Assembly (NCBI GenBank): GCA_963749655.1 | Contig: CAVVOB010000012.1 | Span: forward strand, 64,001 to 128,000 | DNA: 64,000 nucleotides | Source: Nitrospirota bacterium | GTDB lineage: Bacteria; Nitrospirota; UBA9217 | Direction of reading: 5' to 3' | Part shown: positions 63,632 to 64,000 of the stretch, one piece after another | Layout of the letters: the number at the start of each line of letters is the position of its first letter | How positions within the stretch are numbered: the stretch's first letter is position 1 | The notes under the pieces: generated by a model | What the model was told of the DNA's origin: nothing | The model's database searches: none | Seen by the model: only the letters and a program-made list of their open reading frames with translations | Translations under genes and position numbers: made by a program

Positions 63632-64000
63632 ATGGTGCTAAAGAAGCGGAGAATTTATCTCGACCAGAAATACTGGATATATTGCCGAGATGTAATACGA
63701 GGAAAACCGCAGCATCCACTTCACCCTGAAATCTATAAGCTTCTGAGTAACGCAGTCAAGGCAGGCGAGGCTGTATGCCCTGCAAGTCACTTAGTCTTGG
63801 AAGAAACGCTAAAACAGGAGGATTCTGAATCGCGTTACTTAACAGCAACAGTTGTTCAGGAATTAAGTACTGGAATATCTCTACAAGCATATCCTGTGCT
63901 GTCTCAGGCGGAAATCCTTCATTTTTTAATAACAACACGTCCCTATCCAGTAAATGCGTATCCTTGTGAGCAGCTGGCATGGACACATATTGGCAATGTA
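63632..64000 (+). CDS. Hypothetical protein, possible PIN-like N-terminus; partial at window edge
   Basis: Manual translation, RBS AGGAGA: MVLKKRRIYLDQKYWIYCRDV...VCPASHLVLEE..., open to 64000. Confidence 0.65.
   Translation, partial: MVLKKRRIYLDQKYWIYCRDVIRGKPQHPLHPEIYKLLSNAVKAGEAVCPASHLVLEETLKQEDSESRYLTATVVQELSTGISLQAYPVLSQAEILHFLITTRPYPVNAYPCEQLAWTHIGNV

Noticed and set aside
63756-63986. Minus-strand 76-aa ORF
   Set aside because: Antisense to a better plus-strand CDS starting at 63632 with an RBS.

Overview
GC-rich Gram-negative bacterial chromosome segment. Gene content and intergenic style suggest a Nitrospirota/Desulfobacterota-like organism, but this is low confidence. The first ~44 kb is core carbon metabolism and transport: GTP-PEPCK, FBP aldolase/phosphatase, PolX-PHP, a liv-type ABC transporter, sdhCAB, fumC, malic enzyme, Glu dehydrogenase, and an aconitase-citrate synthase-SSADH-ThDP enzyme run that resembles the cyanobacterial 2-oxoglutarate decarboxylase TCA shunt. 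From ~44 kb on the region is accessory. It holds a cfa-like methyltransferase with a GGR-family reductase and a desaturase, duplicated structured repeats and promoter blocks, gene relics, a SIR2-TPR gene, and low-GC cassette-like genes separated by attC-like sites. The top candidate for an undescribed system is a minus-strand unit behind a sigma54-type promoter: an orphan Tat-exported NrtA/CmpA/CynA-like binding protein, a chemoreceptor, and a cyanase carrying a Sec signal peptide. About 15 genes have single-base frameshifts, most likely long-read consensus errors. No rRNA, tRNA or CRISPR array was seen. All assignments come from motif recognition by eye; no database search was run.
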